A DNA stretch of 60,101 bases. It comes from Candidatus Onthousia faecigallinarum. Its GTDB lineage: Bacteria; Bacillota_I; Bacilli_A; RF39; UBA660. The notes below the pieces were generated by a model that was not told where the DNA came from, searched no databases, and saw only the letters and a program-made list of their open reading frames with translations. Positions 29,126-38,906 of the stretch are shown piece by piece. The translations under genes were made by a program, and so were the position numbers. Numbering within the stretch: the stretch's first letter is position 1; the number at the start of each line of letters is the position of its first letter. The stretch lies in the NCBI GenBank assembly GCA_018716225.1, contig DVKE01000042.1, positions 1-60,101 of the forward strand, in the 5' to 3' direction.

Positions 29126-30940
29126 ATGAATAAGAAAAAGATTATCACCATTATAATTCTTCTTCTTGTTTTGCTTCTAGCTTTTCTTCTTTTTTGGTTT
29201 TTCTATTTATCTCCTAGATTAACATTTCAAAAGCAAGAAGAAGAGTTTCGCAAAGCAGGGGAGCGATATTTCGAGATTAATGCGAATTTGTTGCCAAAAG
29301 AGGAAGGCAGGTATGCTGGTGTTTCTTTAGCGGTTTTGACAGAGCAGAAATATTTGGATCGGCAGTATGTTCCAAATAGCGATAAGTTATGTGATGTAGA
29401 TGCTTCTTTTTATCGAGTAATTTATCGGGATGGTGAATTGGTTCCTCATTATTATTTAAAGTGCGGATCTTATGAGTCGGATGTAGATCATGAAGGGCCA
29501 GAGATTACTTTAAATGGAGGCGATACGGTTCAGTTAAATTTAGGAGAAGCTTATCAAGAACAAGGAGTAAAAAGTGTTGTCGATGATACGGATGGACCGA
29601 TGAAGGTGGAGGATGTTTCGATTAAAGGTACGGTTGATAGTAATACGATTGGTGCTTATACCATTACCTATACGATTTATGATTCTTTTTTCAATAAAAC
29701 AGAAAAAGAAAGAACGGTTCAAGTCGTTGAAACATTAAATCATATTATGGATCAAGCTGGTATTACAACTTATCAGGGATTGGTTGAAAATAATTATGTT
29801 TCTTTTCAACATATGTTGTTCCGTATTGTTCGAAAAAATGAAGATGGGACCATTGTCCTGGTTAGTGATGATCCGATTGCTAATGTAGATTATTCTAGTA
29901 GCGATGGAAGATTTGAAGATAGTAGTTTGGATCATTATTTAAATGATTATTTTGCTTCGTTCTTTGAAAAGAAGTATGCAGATTTGCTTGTGGATCAAGC
30001 TTGGTGTGATGATGTTATTACGATGGATAATGTAATGACTACTGATTGTAGTCGCACTTCTTCGAAAAGAAAGGTAGGTATTTTATCGTTACAAGATTAT
30101 AATGCAAGCCTTTTGAATGGACAGAGTTATTTGGATATGAGGAATTTGTTCTGGATGGCCAATTTTGATGAAAATGGTAATCCTTGGACTTTATCTACTA
30201 TTTTTGCTTATCCCGATCGGGTAGAAGCGATGAATGGTTCACTATTAGTAAACGTACGACCTGCTATTGTATTGAAAAAAGATATTGCGGTTTTAGATGG
30301 TGATGGTAGTCAACTCGATCCTTATATTTTAGTTTCTGAAAAATCTGCGCATAGGAGTTCTCCTTTAAATGAAAGACATACAGGAGAATACCTTAATTAT
30401 TCGGGTTACTTATGGCGAATCATGGATACGGAAGATGATTTGACGGAAGCGATTATGGTACGAAGTCTTAGTGATGGAGCGAATGAGATTTCAATTTCTT
30501 ATCAGAATACTGGAGAAAAAGTTTATAATCCAAAAGAAGAAGGGAATATTGGTTATCAAATAAATTACAATATGACTAATTATATTGATACGAGTTATTT
30601 GGTTCGGCATGAGATCGAAGTTCCTATTTATCAAAATGCGGTGACTTATTTAGGAAATCATTCTACGGAAACTTATGAAGTATTATTAAGTGCACCTTCT
30701 ACGTTTGATTTGTTTAGTGCGAAAGGCAACATTGGACCAAATGGAGGTTATTGGTTAATGGATTCTAGTCAAGCGACCAATAATAGAACGCTTGTCTTTC
30801 CGGTTGGCAATACGCCTCTTGGAGCGGTAGTAGATGATTATACTTCTGCTGGAGTAAAAGTGAAAGTGAAATTTAATAAGAAAGTTTATATTCGTGGTGG
30901 TAGTGGAACAAGCAATGATCCTTATACCTTAGCACAGTAA
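29126..30940 (+). CDS. Membrane-anchored surface protein (pilin-like N-domain, DUF5011-type Ig domain, two DUF6273-like repeats)
   Basis: N-terminal TM. GPEITLNGGDTVQLNLGEAYQEQGV...GAYTITYTIYD is the Ig-like domain. The repeats end in DPYIL and DPYTL. Paralog of 52400-53665. Confidence 0.55.
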   Translation: MNKKKIITIIILLLVLLLAFLLFWFFYLSPRLTFQKQEEEFRKAGERYFEINANLLPKEEGRYAGVSLAVLTEQKYLDRQYVPNSDKLCDVDASFYRVIYRDGELVPHYYLKCGSYESDVDHEGPEITLNGGDTVQLNLGEAYQEQGVKSVVDDTDGPMKVEDVSIKGTVDSNTIGAYTITYTIYDSFFNKTEKERTVQVVETLNHIMDQAGITTYQGLVENNYVSFQHMLFRIVRKNEDGTIVLVSDDPIANVDYSSSDGRFEDSSLDHYLNDYFASFFEKKYADLLVDQAWCDDVITMDNVMTTDCSRTSSKRKVGILSLQDYNASLLNGQSYLDMRNLFWMANFDENGNPWTLSTIFAYPDRVEAMNGSLLVNVRPAIVLKKDIAVLDGDGSQLDPYILVSEKSAHRSSPLNERHTGEYLNYSGYLWRIMDTEDDLTEAIMVRSLSDGANEISISYQNTGEKVYNPKEEGNIGYQINYNMTNYIDTSYLVRHEIEVPIYQNAVTYLGNHSTETYEVLLSAPSTFDLFSAKGNIGPNGGYWLMDSSQATNNRTLVFPVGNTPLGAVVDDYTSAGVKVKVKFNKKVYIRGGSGTSNDPYTLAQ

Positions 30941-30953
30941 AGGAAGTGGTTTT

Positions 30954-31736
30954 ATGAAAAAGAAATATTTGTTTTTCCTTTTGGCTCTTGTTATTGTAGT
31001 CCTCCTTCTTATCTTTTTCCTTTTCTTCTTTGAGAGAAAAAGGACTAGCGATTTTAAGATTGTTTCAGAAGCGGAAAAAGTAGAGGAAGCGAAGCGTTAT
31101 GGTGATACAGTAGTCGGTTGGCTTCGGGTGGAAGGTACTAATATTGATTTACCTTTAATTGAAAATCTTGAAGGGACCAATATTTTGAGAGATGATTATG
31201 ATTTTGCTTGGACGAATTCTTTCCCTGATTCCAAAAGTAATCGTCCAGCCTTTATTTCTCATAATATTCGCAATGTATCGAAAAATCCAGTGGTTGGAGA
31301 TGATACCATGTTTCGTTTTGAACAATTGATGTCCTTTATTTATCCTGATTTTATTAAGGACAATCAATTTATTGAGTATACCAATCAAGATGGAGAGACA
31401 GCTTTGTATCGAATTTATGCGGTGAGTCTTTTAGAAGATAATCAAGAGGCTTCTTATAGTGATACTTATACGAAAGAAGAACAGGAAGAGTATATTAAAA
31501 AAGCCAAAGAAGAGAGTATGTATGATATGGATGTTGATGTAAATTCAGGCGATTTACTACTTACTTTATTTACTTGTACAAGATTTTATGGCTTTACGAA
31601 TGATTATTCTTTCCGGGTGGATGCTAGGAAGTTACGAAAAGGGGAACGAACAACTTTGGCTGAGGTAAAGACTAATGATAACTATAAAGTAATAAAAGAT
31701 AGGATGGAAGAAGGTGAAGAAGATGAACCAGTTTAA
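30954..31736 (+). CDS. Class B sortase-like transpeptidase
   Basis: N-terminal TM, then VVGWLRVEGTNIDLPLIE, a His region FISHNIRN, GDDTMF, the catalytic TLFTC motif (LLLTLFTCT) and a downstream Arg (RVDARKL). It aligns by eye along S. aureus SrtB. Confidence 0.75.
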   Translation: MKKKYLFFLLALVIVVLLLIFFLFFFERKRTSDFKIVSEAEKVEEAKRYGDTVVGWLRVEGTNIDLPLIENLEGTNILRDDYDFAWTNSFPDSKSNRPAFISHNIRNVSKNPVVGDDTMFRFEQLMSFIYPDFIKDNQFIEYTNQDGETALYRIYAVSLLEDNQEASYSDTYTKEEQEEYIKKAKEESMYDMDVDVNSGDLLLTLFTCTRFYGFTNDYSFRVDARKLRKGERTTLAEVKTNDNYKVIKDRMEEGEEDEPV

Positions 31737-34356
31737 ATGGGGCATTCGAGGTGGAGTGATACTAGTTCTCTTTGCAGCGATGTTTTTCTTCTTAAATACG
31801 GGTAGTGTAAAAGCAGAAAATAATACAACAGCTTGTACGAGTTCTTATGTTGAGAAAACTTATGTCGATCGACTTCAGTATACGCAGGATGGAAATGTGA
31901 TTCATTTCTCTGGTGCAACGGGCTTATATTATCGAACAAGTGAGAATAATACAAATCAATATCCAGATGCCGATGGAAATTTTACTCTAACGATTGCAGG
32001 GAATCAATTGGAAGTTCAATTTTTCCTTCAAGCGGATGATGGGGCTTGTTCTAGTGATACTTCCATTGTAACGTATACGTTATATGCGGAAGTTTCCTCA
32101 GAAAATGAACTTTATAACAATGAGATATGTGTGAATTATCGTCAAAGATGGGGTGATAATGAAACAATGAAAAATGCGGTTCCTTATTGTTTCTCAGAGT
32201 ATACGATGTATCAATATTCTTATGATCAAGTAGCAAGTTGGATTCAGAATGCGGAAACGGCTTATAATGATGGATTGGGTCAGACTTCTACAATTACAAA
32301 AGATGAGTTAACTAATGTTGAGGATGTTACTTCGGGAATTGGTGGTGTATGTAATTATTATACCGATCAAACAGAGCTTACTTATAGCCATGTAGAAACA
32401 GATGCTAATGGTGGTGGAAGTAGTTGTCGTCAAACTTGCAAAGAAACTCTTACGATAACGTTTAATGGCCCTGTTGCAGCGCAAGCTGGTATGTGTATCG
32501 CCTATGCGGCAGAGGTTCGTTCTCAGGTTGTTTGTGAGTATGCCTATACGGCTCCAATGCCAACGCCAACGGCTGCTTGTGTGCCAACGGCTGCTTGTTA
32601 CAATGCTTCGGTTGGGGAGACGACCAAAGGGGGTCCTTCCGAAAATTTTGATCAATGTATTATGAGTTGTGATGGAGGAGAGTATTCTCAAAGTTGTATT
32701 GATACTTGCTATGCTCAAGTTTATGAAAACGATTCTCTAGCAGTATCAAGCCCATTTGATAACACAAATGGAATTTTAACTTACAATAGTAAAGGTGGGG
32801 TACAAACTTTACCAATGGCTGATAGTAATTGTTTGGATCCTTGGAGTGTTGATCCAAATAATGAAGCCCAAATTCAAGCTTTATATCAACAACATATCAC
32901 CAATCCAGGTGGAAGTTATGTTAATGGACATTGGGTTCCGGGGGGAAGTTGTTCTAGTACCATTGGTCAATATTATTTCTCTACTTTAGAGATTACTAGA
33001 AATACCGTTAATCAAGTTCATGGTAATTGGGTGGATCAATTTGGTCAAAAAACTTATTGTGCTTCGGATGATGGGTTCTTGAGAGCTTGTTTACTAAACG
33101 GTGCTGCTAACTGGTGTAACGATACTTGTGTTTGGGTCAATCGTTGTCCAGCAGATTCCCCACAATCACAAGCGGCAGCGGATGCTTTATATCAACAACA
33201 AGTGGCAGAATATAATGCGGCAAAACAAAGTTGTGAAAGCAAGAACAACACGAAAGAAGCAATTTGTTCCAATGAAAAAGTTCTTTATCGAATTGATGTT
33301 GATAATGGAGCGAATGTAAATGAAACAAAGAATTATGCTGATTTTAGTGATCATTTTTATGCAGAACAAACACAGGGTAGTACGGCGATAGGAGGATCGG
33401 ATCCAACCATTGTTCGTGATACGAGTGGTTTATGTATGGGTGATGCTAGTGATACTGTGAATCATTACCGTACACTTTTAACCTTTGCTGATGCCTATGC
33501 CAATAATAAGAGTGGTCAAGTGGTAACAAAATTACCAGCAGGTTATGAGGAACTTTATACACCTATTGGTAATCAGTTCTGTACAAAATTAACTTCGGTA
33601 CCAACCAATACGGCTTGGTATGTATGGAAAGTGGACGATAAAGGTGATGTCAATGCCCTAACAGCCGAGAGAAGACAAAAAATTGAAGAAGATACGGTTA
33701 ATAATATTCATGTAGGGGTAGAGAATTTTGGTTACTTTGGTTGGAATATTAATTTACAATGCTTCTATTCCGTGATTAATCCAAATGATCCGCCTGATCC
33801 AGATAGGGATGATCCAGGAGAAAACAATGGGAATGATCCAACGAAAGATTTCTTGTTCCGGGCTGCTTCTCTTGATAATCTGTTCCCTAATGATCGGGAA
33901 CCAAACTTTAACTGGAGTTGTGATGCGACAAACTTAATCAATAGCGATTATCCAGTACAACCAGTAGCGACAAAAGAACTTATTGAGGATCGTGGGGAAT
34001 CTATTTACAATAAATCAAATGAAGGCCTTTATCTAGATTACTATATTGAAATAGGACCAGAGGACATTAACAAAATTCGTGATTATAACGAAAAGTGGGG
34101 TGGTAATTATTCTGAACCATCAAGTGATAGTGAGAATGTTTCCGCTGGTAGTGATAAGACAGCAGGTGTTACCGTTTACCGCAGCCCTTTCCTTCATAAT
34201 TATTTGGGAACGGATGTCGTAAAACGTTATGGTTTGATTGGATGTAATAACCAAGCGACAGGTGGTAATGCCAACGGTACTGGTACTTGTGATATAGCAG
34301 TTTATCAAGATAGTCTCGGCTGCTACAATGAATATATGAGTGAAAGTGTTCATTAA
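31723..34356 (+). CDS. Large secreted cysteine-rich protein (function unknown; adhesin or pilus-tip candidate)
   Basis: Signal peptide ...NTGSVKA/EN, about 877 aa, many Cys residues and a PDPDRDDPGENNGNDP linker. There is no C-terminal sorting signal. The start overlaps the sortase stop. Visibly GC-richer than the flanks. Confidence 0.6.
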   Translation: MNQFKWGIRGGVILVLFAAMFFFLNTGSVKAENNTTACTSSYVEKTYVDRLQYTQDGNVIHFSGATGLYYRTSENNTNQYPDADGNFTLTIAGNQLEVQFFLQADDGACSSDTSIVTYTLYAEVSSENELYNNEICVNYRQRWGDNETMKNAVPYCFSEYTMYQYSYDQVASWIQNAETAYNDGLGQTSTITKDELTNVEDVTSGIGGVCNYYTDQTELTYSHVETDANGGGSSCRQTCKETLTITFNGPVAAQAGMCIAYAAEVRSQVVCEYAYTAPMPTPTAACVPTAACYNASVGETTKGGPSENFDQCIMSCDGGEYSQSCIDTCYAQVYENDSLAVSSPFDNTNGILTYNSKGGVQTLPMADSNCLDPWSVDPNNEAQIQALYQQHITNPGGSYVNGHWVPGGSCSSTIGQYYFSTLEITRNTVNQVHGNWVDQFGQKTYCASDDGFLRACLLNGAANWCNDTCVWVNRCPADSPQSQAAADALYQQQVAEYNAAKQSCESKNNTKEAICSNEKVLYRIDVDNGANVNETKNYADFSDHFYAEQTQGSTAIGGSDPTIVRDTSGLCMGDASDTVNHYRTLLTFADAYANNKSGQVVTKLPAGYEELYTPIGNQFCTKLTSVPTNTAWYVWKVDDKGDVNALTAERRQKIEEDTVNNIHVGVENFGYFGWNINLQCFYSVINPNDPPDPDRDDPGENNGNDPTKDFLFRAASLDNLFPNDREPNFNWSCDATNLINSDYPVQPVATKELIEDRGESIYNKSNEGLYLDYYIEIGPEDINKIRDYNEKWGGNYSEPSSDSENVSAGSDKTAGVTVYRSPFLHNYLGTDVVKRYGLIGCNNQATGGNANGTGTCDIAVYQDSLGCYNEYMSESVH

Positions 34357-34367
34357 AGGAGGTTTTT

Positions 34368-34829
34368 ATGAGTAAAGCAACATTATTAATTGGAGTTTTG
34401 ATCCTTGCTCTTTTTACCTTTGGAGTTGTCAATTTGGTTCAAAACTATCAGACAGGAAATGAGTTAGATTACTATTTATTAAAAGAAACAACCGAAGCAG
34501 CGATGACAGATGCCGTTGATATTGGTTACTATCGTTTGTCTGGACTTCTTAGAATTGACAAAGAAAAATTTGTGGAAAGTTTCATGAGACGCTTTGCACA
34601 AAACGTAGCGAATAATCGGTATTATCGCATTGGTTTCTATGATATTAACGAAACACCTCCTAAAGTTAGTGTGAAGGTAGATTCGGCTACGGCCGCTTCC
34701 TTCAACAATGAGACTTTTGAAATTAGCAATCAAATTGATGCTGTTTTGGAAAGTAAATATAAAGAAAACCCATATATAAAAGATATGATTCGAGCAGGGA
34801 AGCTTGATTATACACAAATAGAAGATTAA
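34368..34829 (+). CDS. TadE/pseudopilin-like protein (N-terminal TM helix + small globular domain)
   Basis: MSKATLLIGVLILALFTFGVVNLVQNYQTG..., 153 aa, positioned directly before the CpaB-like gene. Confidence 0.4.
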   Translation: MSKATLLIGVLILALFTFGVVNLVQNYQTGNELDYYLLKETTEAAMTDAVDIGYYRLSGLLRIDKEKFVESFMRRFAQNVANNRYYRIGFYDINETPPKVSVKVDSATAASFNNETFEISNQIDAVLESKYKENPYIKDMIRAGKLDYTQIED

Positions 34830-34842
34830 GGAGGATTTTTAG

Positions 34843-35664
34843 ATGAATAATTTTTCGACAGGATTAAAAAAGTTTTTCTCAAACAAAAACACGGTTACTG
34901 TCATAGGTATTTTACTTGCCATTGTTATTCTTTATATTGGATATAATTGGCGCGTAAATCAAGCGATTAATCCAATCACGGTACCTTATGCTACTACAAC
35001 CATTACGGCAGGAACGCAAATTACAGAGGATATGATTGGTACAATGGAAGTCCCTCCTTCGATGTTAGAGGGAGATGTGATAAGAGATCGAGCTGATGTT
35101 GTTGATATGTATGTTAGTATTGATGGAGTGATTCCAGAGGGTAGTTTATTCTATTCACGTTCGGTTGTTACGAAAGAACAACTTCCAAATTCCATTATTA
35201 TGGATTATCCTGATGGCTACGTATTATATAACTTAGATGTTGATATGGCTTCTACTTATAGTAACTCAATTGTTCCAGGTAAGTATATTGACATTTATTT
35301 AAAAGTAATGAATCGGGTTGATACAACCCAAGGAACAGCGATTACCGATCGTATCATGGTTGGAAAGCTTTTGGCGAATGTAAAAGTGTTAGCAGTTTTC
35401 GATAGTGATGGAAACGATGTTTTTGCTAATCTTGATGAAAATAGAGCGCCAGCTCAAATTATCTTTGCGGTTCCAGAAGAATATCATATTTTGCTTCGGA
35501 AAGCGAGTTATTTAAGAGCTTATGAATCAGAAATTATTCCTGTACCAACTGCGGAAGGTTTAAAAGAGGATCCAGGAGATGTAACTTTATCAAGTGAAGA
35601 CTTAAAGAACTTTATTAATAATGTAACGGCAATGACAGAAGAAGATATTAATGCTAATCAATAA
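34843..35664 (+). CDS. CpaB/RcpC-like Flp pilus assembly protein (SAF domain)
   Basis: N-terminal TM, then the SAF-like VPYATTTITAGTQITEDMIGTMEVP and the typical CpaB C-terminal beta domain. Confidence 0.65.
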   Translation: MNNFSTGLKKFFSNKNTVTVIGILLAIVILYIGYNWRVNQAINPITVPYATTTITAGTQITEDMIGTMEVPPSMLEGDVIRDRADVVDMYVSIDGVIPEGSLFYSRSVVTKEQLPNSIIMDYPDGYVLYNLDVDMASTYSNSIVPGKYIDIYLKVMNRVDTTQGTAITDRIMVGKLLANVKVLAVFDSDGNDVFANLDENRAPAQIIFAVPEEYHILLRKASYLRAYESEIIPVPTAEGLKEDPGDVTLSSEDLKNFINNVTAMTEEDINANQ

Positions 35665-35691
35665 AACAAAAGAAAAAGGGAGTGGTTAGAG

Positions 35692-36894
35692 ATGAATGAT
35701 GCGATTTTTGATAAGATAGACTTTGGTCCTTTTCAACCTTTTCTGACTAATGATGATATTACCGATATTTCTTATTGTAATCATGGACAGGTTTGGATTC
35801 GATCTCTAACCGATGGTTCTAAAAGAGTAGAGGTAGAGGGACTTACGGATAGCTTTGTAGAAAAGTTGGCTTTTCAATGTTCTAATGTTATGGGAACAAC
35901 CTTTAATGCAGCGAAGCCTTTTTTAGATGCAGAGTCTGTAGAGTTACGTCTTAACTTTGTTCATGATTCCATTGCTACGAATGGAATTGCACTTGTTATT
36001 CGTAAAACACCTGCTAAGATTCGTTTGAGTCGGGAGAAATTATTGGCAGAAGATTATTTTACTGCTAACATTCACGATATTTTAATGAAATGTGTCGAGG
36101 GACATTGCAATATCATTGTTAGTGGAGAAACTGGTTCTGGTAAAACGGAGTTTGTTAAGTATTTGGCTAGTCATACTAAAGAAGATGAAAAAATTATTAC
36201 TATAGAGGACACTTTGGAATTGCATTTGGATCGAATCTTTCCTCATCGTGATATTGTCGCGATGAAGACCAATAATATTGCAAGTTATACGGATGTTTTG
36301 GTTACTTGTATGCGGCAGAATCCAAAGTGGATTTTGCTTTCCGAAGTGCGTAGTGCTGAAGCAGTTACAGCGGTAAGAAACTCTATTTCTTCTGGACATA
36401 ACATTTTATCAACCATTCATGCTGACAAAGCTAGTTCCATTCCTTATCGTATGTATTCCTTATTAGAGTCTGATATTGATGTCGATCAATTTTTAACCAC
36501 TATTTATCGTTATATTCAATTAGGTGTTCATATTAAAGCTTATTACAGTAAGGAATATGGTAAATTTCATCGTGAAGTTGATGAGGTCGTTGAATTCTAT
36601 GTTGATGAGAACAATAAACCACAAACAAGGGTTCTTTATCAAAAAACTTTTGGAAAAGCTCCTGTTCAAAATATGCCAAGTAAGTATTTAATTGAATATT
36701 TAAGTAATCAAAACATTAATATCGAACAGTTATTTACCGATAAAGATTCCATGGGGAATATTGATCAAGAATTAGATAATTTAGCTTTGAGGGAGAAGGA
36801 AGGAACCAAAGAGGTGAAGGAAGAGAGAAAAGAGGCAGAGGATTCTCTTGACTTTTCTTTTCCTGATATTCCGAATGTTGATGAAACCCTATAG
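35692..36894 (+). CDS. CpaF/TadA-type (VirB11-superfamily) secretion ATPase
   Basis: Walker A SGETGSGKTEF, Asp box IITIEDTLEL, Walker B ILLSEVRSAEA, His box STIHA. Confidence 0.85.
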   Translation: MNDAIFDKIDFGPFQPFLTNDDITDISYCNHGQVWIRSLTDGSKRVEVEGLTDSFVEKLAFQCSNVMGTTFNAAKPFLDAESVELRLNFVHDSIATNGIALVIRKTPAKIRLSREKLLAEDYFTANIHDILMKCVEGHCNIIVSGETGSGKTEFVKYLASHTKEDEKIITIEDTLELHLDRIFPHRDIVAMKTNNIASYTDVLVTCMRQNPKWILLSEVRSAEAVTAVRNSISSGHNILSTIHADKASSIPYRMYSLLESDIDVDQFLTTIYRYIQLGVHIKAYYSKEYGKFHREVDEVVEFYVDENNKPQTRVLYQKTFGKAPVQNMPSKYLIEYLSNQNINIEQLFTDKDSMGNIDQELDNLALREKEGTKEVKEERKEAEDSLDFSFPDIPNVDETL

Positions 36895-36909
36895 AAAGGA
36901 GGAAGCAAG

Positions 36910-37803
36910 ATGGTATTATTCTTATTAATTGTTATTGCGCTAGCGGTTTTACTTTATCGTAATTATAAAGGGCAAAACGTAGCGAAATATTTTCAAGAAC
37001 AAGTACAAATTATTTATGATCGTTTTGCTCCTTACTTTTATAAAGTAGTAAGGGAAAAAACAAAAGAGTTAGGACAAGAATATACAGCAAAGCAATATGC
37101 CATACAAGTATTATTTATGGGAGGTTTTGCTGGAGTTATTTCTTATCTTTACTTTTATAATTTGATTGTTACTGTTATTTATGTGATTGCGGCAATTGCG
37201 GTTGTTCCCTATCTTTCCTTTTTAAGATGTAAAAGAGTTTATAGTGAATTTATTTTTGAGCAAGTTCAAGTTTATACGACGAATGTTATTATGGAATTTG
37301 CTACTACCCAATCTTTTGTTAAATCTCTTGAAGGAGTAAGAGATTCTGGGGTATTGGAAGATCCGGTACTATCCGATGTACGATATATGATTGACTTAGC
37401 TTATCAGAATGGTTCTATCGATGAATCCATTGAATTTATGAATAATAAATATCCTTATTACATTGTAAAAAATATGCATCAGCTTTTCTTACAGATTACC
37501 AAAGAAGGAGCGACAGATGCGGGAGAAAGTTTGGAAAACATGCAACTTGATATCGATACTTTGGTAGAAAGTGTTTACCGCGACCGGATTGACCGGGCGA
37601 CATTTCATAAAAAATTCTTACAATATGGAATTATGCTTTATTTATTAGTTATGTTAATTCAATATATGCTGGGAAGAGAAAACTATATTGCTTTGCTAGA
37701 TAAGCCTTATGTTGTATTCTTGCTTCATGTCATCGTAATTTTTGATGCCTATTACTTACTAAAGGGGGAAAAATATTATAATGAGAATGTGGGGGTAGAG
37801 TAG
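36910..37803 (+). CDS. TadB-like (T2SS-F family) membrane platform protein
   Basis: 297 aa with a TM-cytoplasmic helical domain-TM layout. It sits right after the ATPase. Confidence 0.55.
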   Translation: MVLFLLIVIALAVLLYRNYKGQNVAKYFQEQVQIIYDRFAPYFYKVVREKTKELGQEYTAKQYAIQVLFMGGFAGVISYLYFYNLIVTVIYVIAAIAVVPYLSFLRCKRVYSEFIFEQVQVYTTNVIMEFATTQSFVKSLEGVRDSGVLEDPVLSDVRYMIDLAYQNGSIDESIEFMNNKYPYYIVKNMHQLFLQITKEGATDAGESLENMQLDIDTLVESVYRDRIDRATFHKKFLQYGIMLYLLVMLIQYMLGRENYIALLDKPYVVFLLHVIVIFDAYYLLKGEKYYNENVGVE

Positions 37804-37804
37804 G

Positions 37805-38584
37805 ATGGAAATTGTTTTAGTTGCCGTTATTCTTATCTTTGTCTTTATCTATAATAATACAATTGATGATAAAAAATTTATTCGAGATAATAAAAAATAT
37901 TTTGAAGTATTAAGAGAAGAAGATTATAACTTTTTATTATATGCAAGATATGGAGATGACGTTGATCCTGATGTATTATTTCAAAAAAGAATTACTTATG
38001 CCATTATCACGATTTTTATCTTTATGTTTTTATTTCTTGATTCCTTAAATTTATTAAATATCGTGTTAGCTTGTGTGGTTGGTTTTCTTATTTTTAAGAT
38101 GCCTTATCAAAGATTGAAAAAATATTATAAACAACATTTGCATGAGATCGATGTTATGCTTCCATACTATTTAAAGAGTTTGGAAATTTTGGTTCAACAT
38201 TATACGGTACCGGTAGCGATTGGGAAAAGTATTAATGATGCACCAGATATTTTTAAACCTGGATTAAGAGAATTGATTGAAAAGATTAATTCTGGAGATT
38301 CTAGTATTAATCCTTATATGGATTTTGCTAATGAATATCCCGTTCGTGATTCGATGCGAATGATGAGACTTTTGTATCGTTTAGGAATTGGAGGACAAGA
38401 GAAAAAACAAGAAAGACTTTTGATGTTTTCGAAAACGGTCTCTAGTTTACAAGCGAAAGCAAGAGAAACAAAATATAGAGAACGATTAAATCATATGGAA
38501 CAACAGACGATGATCATGTTAATTGTAACCGGAGTTGGCGTTATGGTTATTATATTAAGTTCAATGCTTACGATGTTAGGTTAG
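37805..38584 (+). CDS. TadC-like (T2SS-F family) membrane platform protein
   Basis: LPYYLKSLEILVQHYTVPVAIGKSINDAP...LRELIEKINSGDS matches the GspF-like domain pattern. There are flanking TMs. Confidence 0.6.
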   Translation: MEIVLVAVILIFVFIYNNTIDDKKFIRDNKKYFEVLREEDYNFLLYARYGDDVDPDVLFQKRITYAIITIFIFMFLFLDSLNLLNIVLACVVGFLIFKMPYQRLKKYYKQHLHEIDVMLPYYLKSLEILVQHYTVPVAIGKSINDAPDIFKPGLRELIEKINSGDSSINPYMDFANEYPVRDSMRMMRLLYRLGIGGQEKKQERLLMFSKTVSSLQAKARETKYRERLNHMEQQTMIMLIVTGVGVMVIILSSMLTMLG

Positions 38585-38613
38585 GTATTTACGTCAACTA
38601 CATGAAAAAATGG

Positions 38614-38641
38614 TTACAACCTATAGAGAATTTGTTATAAT
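38614..38641 (+). promoter_or_regulatory. Putative internal promoter ahead of the pilin-sized gene
   Basis: TTACAA, 16 nt, then an extended -10 TGtTATAAT (38633-38641). Confidence 0.45.
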
Positions 38642-38674
38642 AAATTTGTAAGATATGAAAGGAGCGTATAAAGA

Positions 38675-38881
38675 ATGAAAGAAGCGACAGGAGAGTTAAA
38701 CATGACAGTAGTTACTATTATTTTGATTGGAGCGATTTTAGCTATTTTCTGGTTACTTTTTGGTAATGTTCAAAATACGGTTGAAGGTCAATGGAACAAT
38801 ACTATAGAAGACCATGGTTATAACTATGAAGATAATAGTACAAATGAAATTACAGTAGATGATTACACAATGAATTTCTAA
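38675..38881 (+). CDS. Flp/pilin-sized small protein (candidate major pilin)
   Basis: 68 aa: MKEATGELNMTVVTIILIGAILAIFWLLFG, then an acidic/Asn-rich tail. It has a short charged leader, a Gly, a hydrophobic helix and its own promoter-like element. Confidence 0.5.
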   Translation: MKEATGELNMTVVTIILIGAILAIFWLLFGNVQNTVEGQWNNTIEDHGYNYEDNSTNEITVDDYTMNF

Positions 38882-38906
38882 AATAATTAAGAAGAGGTGA
38901 GATGCG

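Noticed and set aside
31733-34817. Many short minus- and plus-strand ORFs nested in the 880-aa gene and the 34368-34829 gene (for example 32308-32718, 33101-33369, 34120-34432, 34479-34817).
   Set aside because: All lie inside longer ORFs with coherent protein-like sequence. Their translations are compositionally odd and lack starts with an RBS. The same applies to 36082-36399, 41145-41632, 43681-44059, 45607-45882, 46588-47594, 49362-49706, 50064-50342, 51992-52558, 54449-54739 and 55653-55850.
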